This document shows positions 18,491 to 26,899 of a DNA stretch of 40,207 nt, in pieces; within the stretch, counting starts at the first letter, position 1, and every line of letters begins with the position of its first letter. The notes below the pieces were generated by a model. That model did not search any database. It was not told where the DNA came from and saw nothing but the letters and a program-made list of their open reading frames with translations. Made by a program: the position numbers and the translations under genes. Location of the stretch: sequence record SRR22947727_2090. One strand, 5' to 3'.

Positions 18491-19165
18491 ATGATAATAG
18501 GAAATGGTTTAGTAGCAAAAGGATTTAAAAAGTTTAACCATACTAATTATCTAATTCTAGCTTCTGGTGTTTCTGATTCTTTAGAACATAGGTCAGAGGA
18601 GTTTACTAGAGAGGAGACTTTAGTTTTAAACGCTATAAAGGAACACCCTAAGAAAAAAGTAATTTATATTAGTACTATACTTATTGATTTTAGAAATGAT
18701 CCCTATTACCTTCATAAGCGTAAAATAGAGAATATTATAAAAACTAAGGCCAAGAAGTATTTAATTTTTAGAGTACCACAGCTTGTAGGAACAGAAGGGA
18801 ATTCTAATAATATGGTAAACTACTTTAAAGATAAAATAAAAAAAGGCCAAAAACTATTAGTACATGAAGGTGTACTTAGGTCGTTGCTTAGTGTGAAAGA
18901 CTTAGTTAAGATAGTGACACTTCCTTGTATATTAAAAAGAACAGGTACGATGTTTATTTCTGGTGTGGAGTTTGTTGAAGTGTCTACTATATGTAAGTTA
19001 ATAGCTAAAGCCTTGGGGAAACCTTTACATGTAGAGTTTCGGGCAATGTATGAGGACTCAAAGTGGACTACCCTAAATTCCTCTTACATAAAGGAAGCAC
19101 TTTGTACCTTAAAGATAAACTCTGAGGGATACACAAAAAACCTAATCAGTGAGTACATTTACTAA
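18491..19165 (+). CDS. Short NAD-dependent epimerase/dehydratase-like SDR
   Basis: MIIGNGLVAK, ASGVSDS, YISTI, YYLHKRKIE (YxxxK); likely ATG at 18491. Confidence 0.75.
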   Translation: MIIGNGLVAKGFKKFNHTNYLILASGVSDSLEHRSEEFTREETLVLNAIKEHPKKKVIYISTILIDFRNDPYYLHKRKIENIIKTKAKKYLIFRVPQLVGTEGNSNNMVNYFKDKIKKGQKLLVHEGVLRSLLSVKDLVKIVTLPCILKRTGTMFISGVEFVEVSTICKLIAKALGKPLHVEFRAMYEDSKWTTLNSSYIKEALCTLKINSEGYTKNLISEYIY

Positions 19166-19899
19166 TGGAACTAAAAATACTAGTAGGATTTTACAACGCA
19201 CAAGACTATATTGCTCGATGTTTACAATCTATTAAGAGCCAAGAGTACACAAATTTTACTTGTTATATTACTCATGATTTATCTACGGATAACTCTAAAG
19301 CTATTGTTGAAGATTTCATAAAAGATGACTGTAGGTTCTTACTTTCTAAGGATTACCATAAAAAATTGTACCAAACAGGTAACTTTGATAGGACTATTAG
19401 ATACAATAATAATATACAAGATAATGATGTTCTTATAGAAGTGGATGGGGACGATTACCTCCCAGATACTAAAGTATTTTCACGTATAGCTAAGACTTAT
19501 GAGGATCCTAATATTTGGATTGCAAATGGAAGCTTTATGTACTCCAATGGTGCCAAAGGGTTCTCCAAGAGACAAGAAGGTTTTGAATGTTTGAGGTCTT
19601 CTAGGTTTACAGCTACACACATTAGAACGTGGCGAGCTTTTTTATGGAGAGGAATCAAAGAAGAAGACTTAAAAACCCCAGAGGGGGAGTACTGGCAGTG
19701 GAGTGGGGATTTATGCTTTATGTACCCAATGCTTGAGATGGCAGGTGAGGAGCATTACTTCTATATGGAGGAAATTAACTATATCTATAACGGTGATAAT
19801 CCTATAAATGAGCATAAACTGGATATGTTTATGGTAACTTCAGATGCACAAAGTATTAGATCTAAACAACCTTACAAACCCCTCACTAGGCTATCATGA
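19165..19899 (+). CDS. GT2 family glycosyltransferase
   Basis: FYNAQDYIARCLQSI, DLSTDNS, VDGDDYL (DxD). Confidence 0.88.
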   Translation: MELKILVGFYNAQDYIARCLQSIKSQEYTNFTCYITHDLSTDNSKAIVEDFIKDDCRFLLSKDYHKKLYQTGNFDRTIRYNNNIQDNDVLIEVDGDDYLPDTKVFSRIAKTYEDPNIWIANGSFMYSNGAKGFSKRQEGFECLRSSRFTATHIRTWRAFLWRGIKEEDLKTPEGEYWQWSGDLCFMYPMLEMAGEEHYFYMEEINYIYNGDNPINEHKLDMFMVTSDAQSIRSKQPYKPLTRLS

Positions 19900-20654
19900 T
19901 TACTTGTAACCTAGTTGGACCGGGACAAGCTAACTGTGGATTAGGGAATCAGTTATTTCAAGTTGCTTCTATCCTAAGTTATGCTAAAGACAACGACCTC
20001 CTTTACAGCTTCCCATGTTTAACAGATTCTAAGTACGGTAGTTATAAAAATAACATATTTAGAAATATAAATACTAACCACTCAGGAGAATCTGACTATT
20101 ATTATAAAGAACCAACTTTTGAATATTCTGAAATACCTATAAAGGAGTCTATACATGTCCATTCAAGTTATCTCCAAAGTTTCAAGTATTTTCAAAGCAA
20201 TAGGGACTACATTATAAAAATGCTTGAAATGTCCTCTGTAGATAGAAAATATTTGATAGATAAGTACAACCCAAAAGAGTATGTGTCTCTCCATATTAGA
20301 AGAGGTGACTACTTAAATTATGAAGTCTTCCACACAAACCTAAGTAAGACTTCTTACTACTCAGAAGCAATACTAAAGTTTCCTACTGAAGAATTTCTTA
20401 TTTTTAGTGACGATCCATCGTGGGCAAAAGAACAATACCCTAATTGTAGGGTTGTTGAGGAGGAAGACTATTTGGAAATGTATTTAATGTCCCTTTGTAA
20501 GTCTAACATTATAGCAAACTCTACATTCTCTTGGTGGGGAGCATGGTTAAATAAAAATATAAACAAGAAGGTAATTGCCCCTATTAAATGGTTCGGACCT
20601 TCTTATAACTACTCAACAAAGGACTTACTACCTCCAACATGGAGTATTTTATAA
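19896..20654 (+). CDS. GT11 alpha-1,2-fucosyltransferase-like enzyme
   Basis: GLGNQLFQ, LHIRRGDY, IFSDD, IIANSTFSWWGAWL. Confidence 0.92.
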   Translation: MITCNLVGPGQANCGLGNQLFQVASILSYAKDNDLLYSFPCLTDSKYGSYKNNIFRNINTNHSGESDYYYKEPTFEYSEIPIKESIHVHSSYLQSFKYFQSNRDYIIKMLEMSSVDRKYLIDKYNPKEYVSLHIRRGDYLNYEVFHTNLSKTSYYSEAILKFPTEEFLIFSDDPSWAKEQYPNCRVVEEEDYLEMYLMSLCKSNIIANSTFSWWGAWLNKNINKKVIAPIKWFGPSYNYSTKDLLPPTWSIL

Positions 20655-21380
20655 ATGAAAAGACTAGAAACACACAACGAGAGTTATAAAAACTTTCTAA
20701 AAGATAAAAGAGTTGCAATAGTAGGACCTTCTGAATCCGCATTTTTTAATGAAAATGGTGAGTACATAGACAGTTTTGATGTAGTTGTTAGGGTTAATAA
20801 GGGGATAGAGTTAGTACAAGGTAAAGAATCTTTTATAGGAAGTAGAACAGAGATACTTTATAATTCCTTAGACTTTAGTGTTATAAGTGGAGGTACTTTG
20901 GATAGGGTGGACGATCAGGTTAAATTTATCTGTTGTCCTTATTCCTTAGAAGAACACACCTATAATGATAATTTTATTGCGTCTGTATTTGATAAATTCA
21001 ATATTAGATTTATAGATACGGAGATATACAATAAAGTAAAATCAGATACTCAAAGCAGGATTAATTCAGGCTTTGGAGCAATAGTAGATTTATTACAACA
21101 TGATATAAAACAATTGTTTATTACTGGAATTGATTTTTACAGGAGTTTTTATCACAAAAGTTATTGCAAGGAAAGGAATAGATCCGCAACAGTTAAAGCT
21201 CTTGAAGAAGAACTGGAATTTAAGAAACACAACGACTCAAATCATCACAACCCAGACAGGCAGTATGCTTATTTTAAAGAAGTTATTAGTAATGATACAC
21301 GGGTAATAATGGATCCATTTTTAACTCGAATAATTCAAGATAGTAACTATGATAATTGGGACACAATACCAAGGGGCTAA
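20655..21380 (+). CDS. GT29 sialyltransferase-like glycosyltransferase
   Basis: L-motif-like RVAIVGPS...GEYIDSFDVVVRVN...GSRT; S-motif-like NSGFGAI...LFITGIDFY; VS-like HNPDRQ. Confidence 0.72.
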   Translation: MKRLETHNESYKNFLKDKRVAIVGPSESAFFNENGEYIDSFDVVVRVNKGIELVQGKESFIGSRTEILYNSLDFSVISGGTLDRVDDQVKFICCPYSLEEHTYNDNFIASVFDKFNIRFIDTEIYNKVKSDTQSRINSGFGAIVDLLQHDIKQLFITGIDFYRSFYHKSYCKERNRSATVKALEEELEFKKHNDSNHHNPDRQYAYFKEVISNDTRVIMDPFLTRIIQDSNYDNWDTIPRG

Positions 21381-21391
21381 GAATCTACATT

Positions 21392-22180
21392 ATGAAACAC
21401 ATAGATAATATGGTAAAGTACAATGGTCTGACAGGGCTAAAAACCTCATTAGAGGACGAAGGAGCGTCACATAGAGATATGAACGATATCCTAAGTATTT
21501 GTAATAAAAAAGAACTGTACTGTACAGTAAAGATAGGAGGGTGCGAGGCTAAAACAAATATTCTAACCTGTAGGGATTTTGATGTTAACGCTATTGTGGC
21601 TCCTATGGTGGAGACTCCTTACGCATTTAAAAAATTTAAAATGATGTGTAAAGAGGTATTCCAGAATGAATTATATTTATACGACTTCTATGTAAATATA
21701 GAAACTGAAACAGCCATCAAAAATTTAGATAAAATTCTGAAGTTAAATGAGGGATTCTTAAAAGGAGTAGTTTTTGGAAGATCTGATATTGTAGGAAGTC
21801 TTAACCTTCCTAAAGATTCGGTAGAGGATGATGAAATATTTAATCTTATACAACCTGCATTAAAGATGGCGAAAGAAAATAATTTAACTACAGCTTTAGG
21901 AGGAAATCTAACATCCAAAAGTGAATCTTTTATAATGAAATTGTTTAATGGTGGTTTGTTGGATAAGGTAGAAACTCGTTTAGCGATTTGTACACTAAAT
22001 GATTTGAAGGGTGATTATACCTCATTTGTAGACAATGCGATAGAGCTAGAAAAACTAGTATTACAAAAAAGAATAGACAGGCTAGAACGAGAAGTATCTC
22101 CTTGGAAAGACAGATACAAAGGCATCGGCTCTAGAGCCTCTATCATGAAAGAAGATTTAAAAGACTTGGAGTTATTGTAA
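21392..22180 (+). CDS. HpcH/HpaI aldolase / citrate lyase-beta family protein
   Basis: VKIGGCEA, IVAPMVETPYA, NIETETA, VFGRSDIVGS; first ATG at 21392. Confidence 0.8.
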   Translation: MKHIDNMVKYNGLTGLKTSLEDEGASHRDMNDILSICNKKELYCTVKIGGCEAKTNILTCRDFDVNAIVAPMVETPYAFKKFKMMCKEVFQNELYLYDFYVNIETETAIKNLDKILKLNEGFLKGVVFGRSDIVGSLNLPKDSVEDDEIFNLIQPALKMAKENNLTTALGGNLTSKSESFIMKLFNGGLLDKVETRLAICTLNDLKGDYTSFVDNAIELEKLVLQKRIDRLEREVSPWKDRYKGIGSRASIMKEDLKDLELL

Positions 22181-23076
22181 TGAAGATATTAATTACGGGA
22201 GGTACTGGTTTTATAGGAAAAAAATTAGCTAACTTACTAAAAGAGAAGCATGAAGTACATATTCTTGATAAAAATCCAGACCATGAAGTGACTCGAAAAT
22301 TTAAGGCATTCTATTTTGATATGTCAGAAAAACATTTCTTCGATGGTTTAGATGAAGACTACGATCTAGTATTTCATTTAGCAGCACAGTCCGGAGGTTA
22401 TTACTCTCTAATACACCCTCAGGATGATTGCGACTGGAACTGCAAAGCAACAGTTAACTTAGTTGAATTTTGTTTAAGGATTAAACCCAGAAAAGTAGTA
22501 TTTACCTCATCAATGGCTGTATACGGGAACGCTAGTAATGTAACAGAACATGCTCTTACGAACCCAATAAGTTTTTATGGAGTAAGCAAGTTAGCCTCAG
22601 AAAATTATATAAAACTTTTAAAAGAGCATTCAGATATTACCTATAGTATCTATAGATTATTTGCAACATACGGGTCAGACCAAGATCTGAATAATTTACA
22701 TCAAGGGATTGTAAGCATTTACCTAAGTTACGCTATAAAGAATAAAGAAATACCTATTACTGGGAAGAAGGATAGAGTAAGATGTTTAGTGCATGTAGAT
22801 GATGTTTGCTCCGCTTTGGAGCAATCTATAACTAACCCTAAAACAGATAATAATACTTATAACGTGTTAAATGAAGAGGTTTGTACTCCAAAAAGTATTT
22901 CTGATACTATTTCAAAATCTATGGGAGAAAAGATTAAGATTGTAGAAAACGAAGGATATTCTGGGGACCAAACATTCATTACAGGGGACAACACAAAATT
23001 AAAAAGTACCGGATGGTCCCCTACACTAAACCTAGCCCAAGGTATATCAGAATTTTACAGTAAGGTAAGGGGGTAA
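22180..23076 (+). CDS. NAD-dependent sugar-nucleotide epimerase/dehydratase
   Basis: ITGGTGFIG, FHLAAQS, SSMAVYG, YGVSK. Confidence 0.92.
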   Translation: MKILITGGTGFIGKKLANLLKEKHEVHILDKNPDHEVTRKFKAFYFDMSEKHFFDGLDEDYDLVFHLAAQSGGYYSLIHPQDDCDWNCKATVNLVEFCLRIKPRKVVFTSSMAVYGNASNVTEHALTNPISFYGVSKLASENYIKLLKEHSDITYSIYRLFATYGSDQDLNNLHQGIVSIYLSYAIKNKEIPITGKKDRVRCLVHVDDVCSALEQSITNPKTDNNTYNVLNEEVCTPKSISDTISKSMGEKIKIVENEGYSGDQTFITGDNTKLKSTGWSPTLNLAQGISEFYSKVRG

Positions 23077-23078
23077 CA

Positions 23079-23750
23079 ATGACTAAGTTGACTGTAGTTA
23101 TACCTGTAAGATCTGGATCTCAAAGAGTAATAGACAAAAACTTTAAACCTTTTGCAAACTCTAGTCTTTTAGAGATAAAAATTAATCAAGTTAAACAATT
23201 ACCTGTAGATAAGATTGTAATAAATACGAATAGTCATGAGGCAATAAGAATTGCTAAAAAACATAACGTAGAATTTTTTGAAAGAGATCCGTACTACGCA
23301 AGCTCTGAGTGTAGTAACAGTGAGTATCATGAGTATCTTGCAAAAGTCACAGATGCAGAAAATTTATTAATAGCACAGGTAACATCACCACTAATCAAGA
23401 CTGAAAGTTATTTAGACGCAATACAAAAGTTTTTTAAATCCGGTTGTGACTCAATAATGTCTGTTCAGAAATGTCAAAACTTCTTACTTAAAAATGGTAT
23501 TCCCGTAAATTATACTTTAGATAACATGCCTAATTCGCAGGATCTGGAGCCTTATCAAGTCCCTACCTTTGGAATCGTAATATGTAAAAGAGAGAAGATG
23601 TTAGAACAAAAAAATTATATTTGTGGTAATTGTAGCTTTTTAGAGTTGGATGAAATTGAATCTATAGACATTGATACTCCTTTAGATTTTAAGTTAGCTG
23701 AATTTATATATAAAACAAAGATTCTAAACTTTGACGGAGGGAAAAAATGA
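23079..23750 (+). CDS. CMP-ulosonic acid synthetase (NeuA/KdsB-family cytidylyltransferase)
   Basis: IPVRSGSQRVIDKN, QVTSPL, PNSQDL, IDIDTPLDF. Confidence 0.88.
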   Translation: MTKLTVVIPVRSGSQRVIDKNFKPFANSSLLEIKINQVKQLPVDKIVINTNSHEAIRIAKKHNVEFFERDPYYASSECSNSEYHEYLAKVTDAENLLIAQVTSPLIKTESYLDAIQKFFKSGCDSIMSVQKCQNFLLKNGIPVNYTLDNMPNSQDLEPYQVPTFGIVICKREKMLEQKNYICGNCSFLELDEIESIDIDTPLDFKLAEFIYKTKILNFDGGKK

Positions 23751-24163
23751 TTCAAATTAGATCGAAACTATCAGGCGAAGTCATCCATATGGTTTATACC
23801 GAAGATGACTTCACATCGCAACGAACAGAACTAGTACATCCTACTAACTTCATTCAGTGCTCTTATCTAAAGTTTAATGAGGGTTTCACTTTTAGACCAC
23901 ATAAGCATATCTGGAAGGAGCCTACTTTTAACAAAATGATTGCCCAAGAGAGTTGGGTAGTTATCCGAGGATCTGTAGAGGTATCCTTCTTTGATTTGGA
24001 TGGTTCAGACTTAGCTAAAGTAGTACTAAAAGAGGGAGACTCATCCTTCACTTTAGAGGGTGGGCATAACTACCTAATTCTAGAAGATGATACCGTGGTA
24101 TACGAGTATAAAACAGGTCCTTACACAGGACAAGAGAACGACAAAGAGTTTTTAGACCAATGA
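23747..24163 (+). CDS. Cupin-fold protein (WbuC-like)
   Basis: RPHKH, QESWVVIRGS, GGHNY, EYKTGPY. Confidence 0.75.
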   Translation: MIQIRSKLSGEVIHMVYTEDDFTSQRTELVHPTNFIQCSYLKFNEGFTFRPHKHIWKEPTFNKMIAQESWVVIRGSVEVSFFDLDGSDLAKVVLKEGDSSFTLEGGHNYLILEDDTVVYEYKTGPYTGQENDKEFLDQ

Positions 24164-24687
24164 AATTACACTTAGGTTGCGGAAAGAGAGATTTTGGTGA
24201 GGGTTGGCACAGTATTGACTGCGAGCCATTCCCTCATGTGGAGAGTTACAGCATAACACATTTACCCTTTGAGGATAACTCTTGTGATTTGCTATACGCC
24301 TCCCACGTTATTAATTACTTTGACAGAAATGAGGTTATACTACTACTTCAAGAGTGGAGGAGAGTTCTAAAACCTAATGGGATTCTTAGGTTAGCTGTTC
24401 CTAACTTTGATGCTATGGTAAATTTATATATGGAAGGGCACGACTTACAGAAGTTCTTAGGTCCTTTGTACGGAAGAATGAACGATGATTTAATTTACCA
24501 CAAAACAGCGTATAACTATACTCACTTAGCTGAGTTATTACTAACTTGTGGTTTTAGCTCTGTTTCTAGATATGACTGGAGAACTACTTGTCATGCAGAG
24601 TTTGATGACCACTCTCAAGCGTATATTCCTCATATGGATAAGGACAGAGGTACACTAATTAGCTTAAATTTAGAGGCAAGAAAATGA
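24160..24687 (+). CDS. Class I SAM-dependent methyltransferase-like protein
   Basis: LHLGCG, LPFEDNSCD, ASHVINY, RRVLKPNGILRLAVPN. Confidence 0.85.
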   Translation: MKLHLGCGKRDFGEGWHSIDCEPFPHVESYSITHLPFEDNSCDLLYASHVINYFDRNEVILLLQEWRRVLKPNGILRLAVPNFDAMVNLYMEGHDLQKFLGPLYGRMNDDLIYHKTAYNYTHLAELLLTCGFSSVSRYDWRTTCHAEFDDHSQAYIPHMDKDRGTLISLNLEARK

Positions 24688-25283
24688 GTTTTAAAGTAGT
24701 AGAGGAGTTTGAGAACAAAATAGCAGAGTTTTACGGAGCTAAGTACGCAGTAGCAACAGATAGTTGTACTCATGCTATTGAGTTATGTTTACGTGCTGAG
24801 AAAGACCCTCCGAGGCTCATGTTTCTTCCAGCACGTACTTATATCTCAATACCCTTCACGTTAATGAAGCTAAAACAAGAGTTTGTTTTTGATGATTATG
24901 GCTGGGAGGATTATTACTGGATAGGCAACACTAATATTATAGATGCTGCTGTCCTATGGAAAAGAAACTCTTACAAGAATGGGACTCTAATGTGTTTAAG
25001 TTTCCAGTTCCAAAAACACCTAAGCTTAGGTAGAGGAGGAATGATTCTAACTAATAATAAGAAAGTTGCTGAGAAGCTTAAAAGAATGTCCTATGATGGG
25101 AGAGAGCCAAACACACCTTGGAGAGATCAGGATATTTATGAGGTAGGGTATCACTATTACATGACTCCTGAAATAGCTCAGTTAGGTTTAGAAAAGCTCC
25201 CTGAGGCTATCGAAAGAACTCCAAGACAGTGGGTAGTTACGGATTGGCCGAAACTAACAGACATGACAGTATTTAAAAAATGA
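24684..25283 (+). CDS. Compact DegT/DnrJ/EryC1/StrS PLP-dependent aminotransferase-like protein
   Basis: EFENKIAEFYG, AVATDSCTHAI, IIDAA, SFQFQKHL..GRGGMIL, GYHYYM; only 199 aa. Confidence 0.82.
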   Translation: MSFKVVEEFENKIAEFYGAKYAVATDSCTHAIELCLRAEKDPPRLMFLPARTYISIPFTLMKLKQEFVFDDYGWEDYYWIGNTNIIDAAVLWKRNSYKNGTLMCLSFQFQKHLSLGRGGMILTNNKKVAEKLKRMSYDGREPNTPWRDQDIYEVGYHYYMTPEIAQLGLEKLPEAIERTPRQWVVTDWPKLTDMTVFKK

Positions 25284-26239
25284 AAAAAGCACTAATCACA
25301 GGAATCGCAGGACAGGACGGAAGCTACTTATCTGAGTACCTTCTATCTTTAGGGTATGAAGTTCATGGAGTTATTAGAAGAAACTCTCTACCTGAAAATC
25401 AAGATAGCAGACTAAAAGGGTTAAACATTATTACCCATTACGGAGATCTTCTAGACCCCCTATCTCTTAATAGAATTGTGTCTGAAGTAATGCCTGACGA
25501 AGTTTATAACCTAGGCGCACAAAGCCACGTTAGAATTAGTTTTGATGTTCCTGCATTTACTATCCAAACTAACGCATTAGGAGTACTAAACTTATTAGAA
25601 GCTTGTCGAACGTTTGTTCCTAACGTTAAGTTCTACCAAGCTAGTTCTTCTGAGATGTTTGGAAACACAGTTGATTCTGATGGATATCAAAGGAAAACTA
25701 CTCCTATGAATCCTACATCCCCTTATGGTTGTGCTAAAGTAATGGGTTATAACTTAGTCCGTCACTACCGAGCAGCTTATGGTATGCACACTTGTAATGG
25801 AATCTTATTCAACCACGAATCTCCTAGACGAGGATCTAACTTCGTTACCAACAAGATCGTTAAGACTGCGGTAGAGATTAAGAAGGGGTTACAGACTGAG
25901 TTATCTCTTGGAAACTTGGATGCTTCCCGAGATTGGGGCCACTCTAAGGATTATGTAAGAGCTATGCATAAAATCATTAACCATGATGTTGCGAGTGATT
26001 TCGTAGTAGCTACAGGAGAAAGTCGTACCATACGAGATATGTGTAAGATTACTTTTGAAAAGCTAGGACTTAATTATGAGGACTACGTAACTGTAGACCC
26101 TAAGTACTTCCGTCCTCAAGAGCTAGACTTTCTTCGGGGTGACTCTAGTGAGATTCGAGAAGTCTTAGGTTGGAAACCTACTTACACTTTTGATGAGATG
26201 GTTGGTGAGATGGTAGACCACTGGATGGAGGTAGTATAA
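25280..26239 (+). CDS. gmd: GDP-mannose 4,6-dehydratase
   Basis: ALITGIAGQDGSYL, NLGAQSHVRISF, YQASSSEMFG, GILFNHESPRRG, RDWGH. Confidence 0.95.
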   Translation: MKKALITGIAGQDGSYLSEYLLSLGYEVHGVIRRNSLPENQDSRLKGLNIITHYGDLLDPLSLNRIVSEVMPDEVYNLGAQSHVRISFDVPAFTIQTNALGVLNLLEACRTFVPNVKFYQASSSEMFGNTVDSDGYQRKTTPMNPTSPYGCAKVMGYNLVRHYRAAYGMHTCNGILFNHESPRRGSNFVTNKIVKTAVEIKKGLQTELSLGNLDASRDWGHSKDYVRAMHKIINHDVASDFVVATGESRTIRDMCKITFEKLGLNYEDYVTVDPKYFRPQELDFLRGDSSEIREVLGWKPTYTFDEMVGEMVDHWMEVV

Positions 26240-26586
26240 TGGAAAACTTATCACTTAACGAATATCAAAAAGAATCAGCAACATTTGCAATCTATCCCAA
26301 GGAGGACAATCCTCCCGTGTACCCTTACCTAGCTCTAGCAGAAGAGGCTGGGGAGGTGAATGGTAAACTAGCTAAGGCTATTCGTAAAGGAGATTTGGAC
26401 TACGGACCAGTCCCGTTAGAACTAAAAAGTGCAATCCTAGACGAGTGCGGAGATGTTCTCTGGAACCTTTCCCAGATCGTCAATGACCTAGGCTATAACT
26501 TAGAGGACGTAGCTCGACTCAACTTAGATAAGCTGAGAGACAGAAAAGAACGTGGAGTCATTGATGGTAAAGGAGACAAACGATAA
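26239..26586 (+). CDS. MazG-like NTP pyrophosphohydrolase
   Basis: LAEEAGEV, DECGDVLW, NLDKL.DR..RGVI.G.GD.R. Confidence 0.9.
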   Translation: MENLSLNEYQKESATFAIYPKEDNPPVYPYLALAEEAGEVNGKLAKAIRKGDLDYGPVPLELKSAILDECGDVLWNLSQIVNDLGYNLEDVARLNLDKLRDRKERGVIDGKGDKR

Positions 26587-26796
26587 ATGCCAATTTACGA
26601 TTACGAGTGTGAGAATTGCGGAAAGACTTACGAGATCGACCAGACGATGACTGAAAACTATGAGAACCCTCCAGAGTTTTGTCCTAACTGTGACCCAGAG
26701 TGTGAGGGAGATCCTACTCTATTTAAACTTTTTAGTAAAATCAAACCTAGTTTCAATCTCAAAGGAGACGGGTACTATAAAGGTGGTTGGAACTAA
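26587..26796 (+). CDS. FmdB-family zinc-ribbon protein
   Basis: MPIYDYECENCG...CPNC...FNLKGDGYY. Confidence 0.85.
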   Translation: MPIYDYECENCGKTYEIDQTMTENYENPPEFCPNCDPECEGDPTLFKLFSKIKPSFNLKGDGYYKGGWN

Positions 26797-26838
26797 TATG
26801 CTAAGCAGTACCTGTTGTTAGGTTAGTGCGAGAAATAA

Positions 26839-26885
26839 ACTTGCGATAAAGTCAAACATTTTTGATGACTTGCCATAAAGTCAAA
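26839..26885. repeat. Two 18-bp direct repeats (putative operators) upstream of the recA-like gene
   Basis: ACTTGCGATAAAGTCAAA (26839-26856) and ACTTGCCATAAAGTCAAA (26868-26885). The second lies in the palindrome TGACTT-N6-AAGTCA; TATAAT follows at 26888. Confidence 0.7.
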
Positions 26886-26899
26886 ACTATAATATATAC

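Noticed and set aside
16448-26239. Bacterial O-antigen or capsule locus mis-assembled into the contig
   Set aside because: No wzx/wzy/wzm/wzt or priming transferase. The genes are coupled seamlessly to phage mazG, and the first gene is preceded by the same CTATAATA element as other phage genes.
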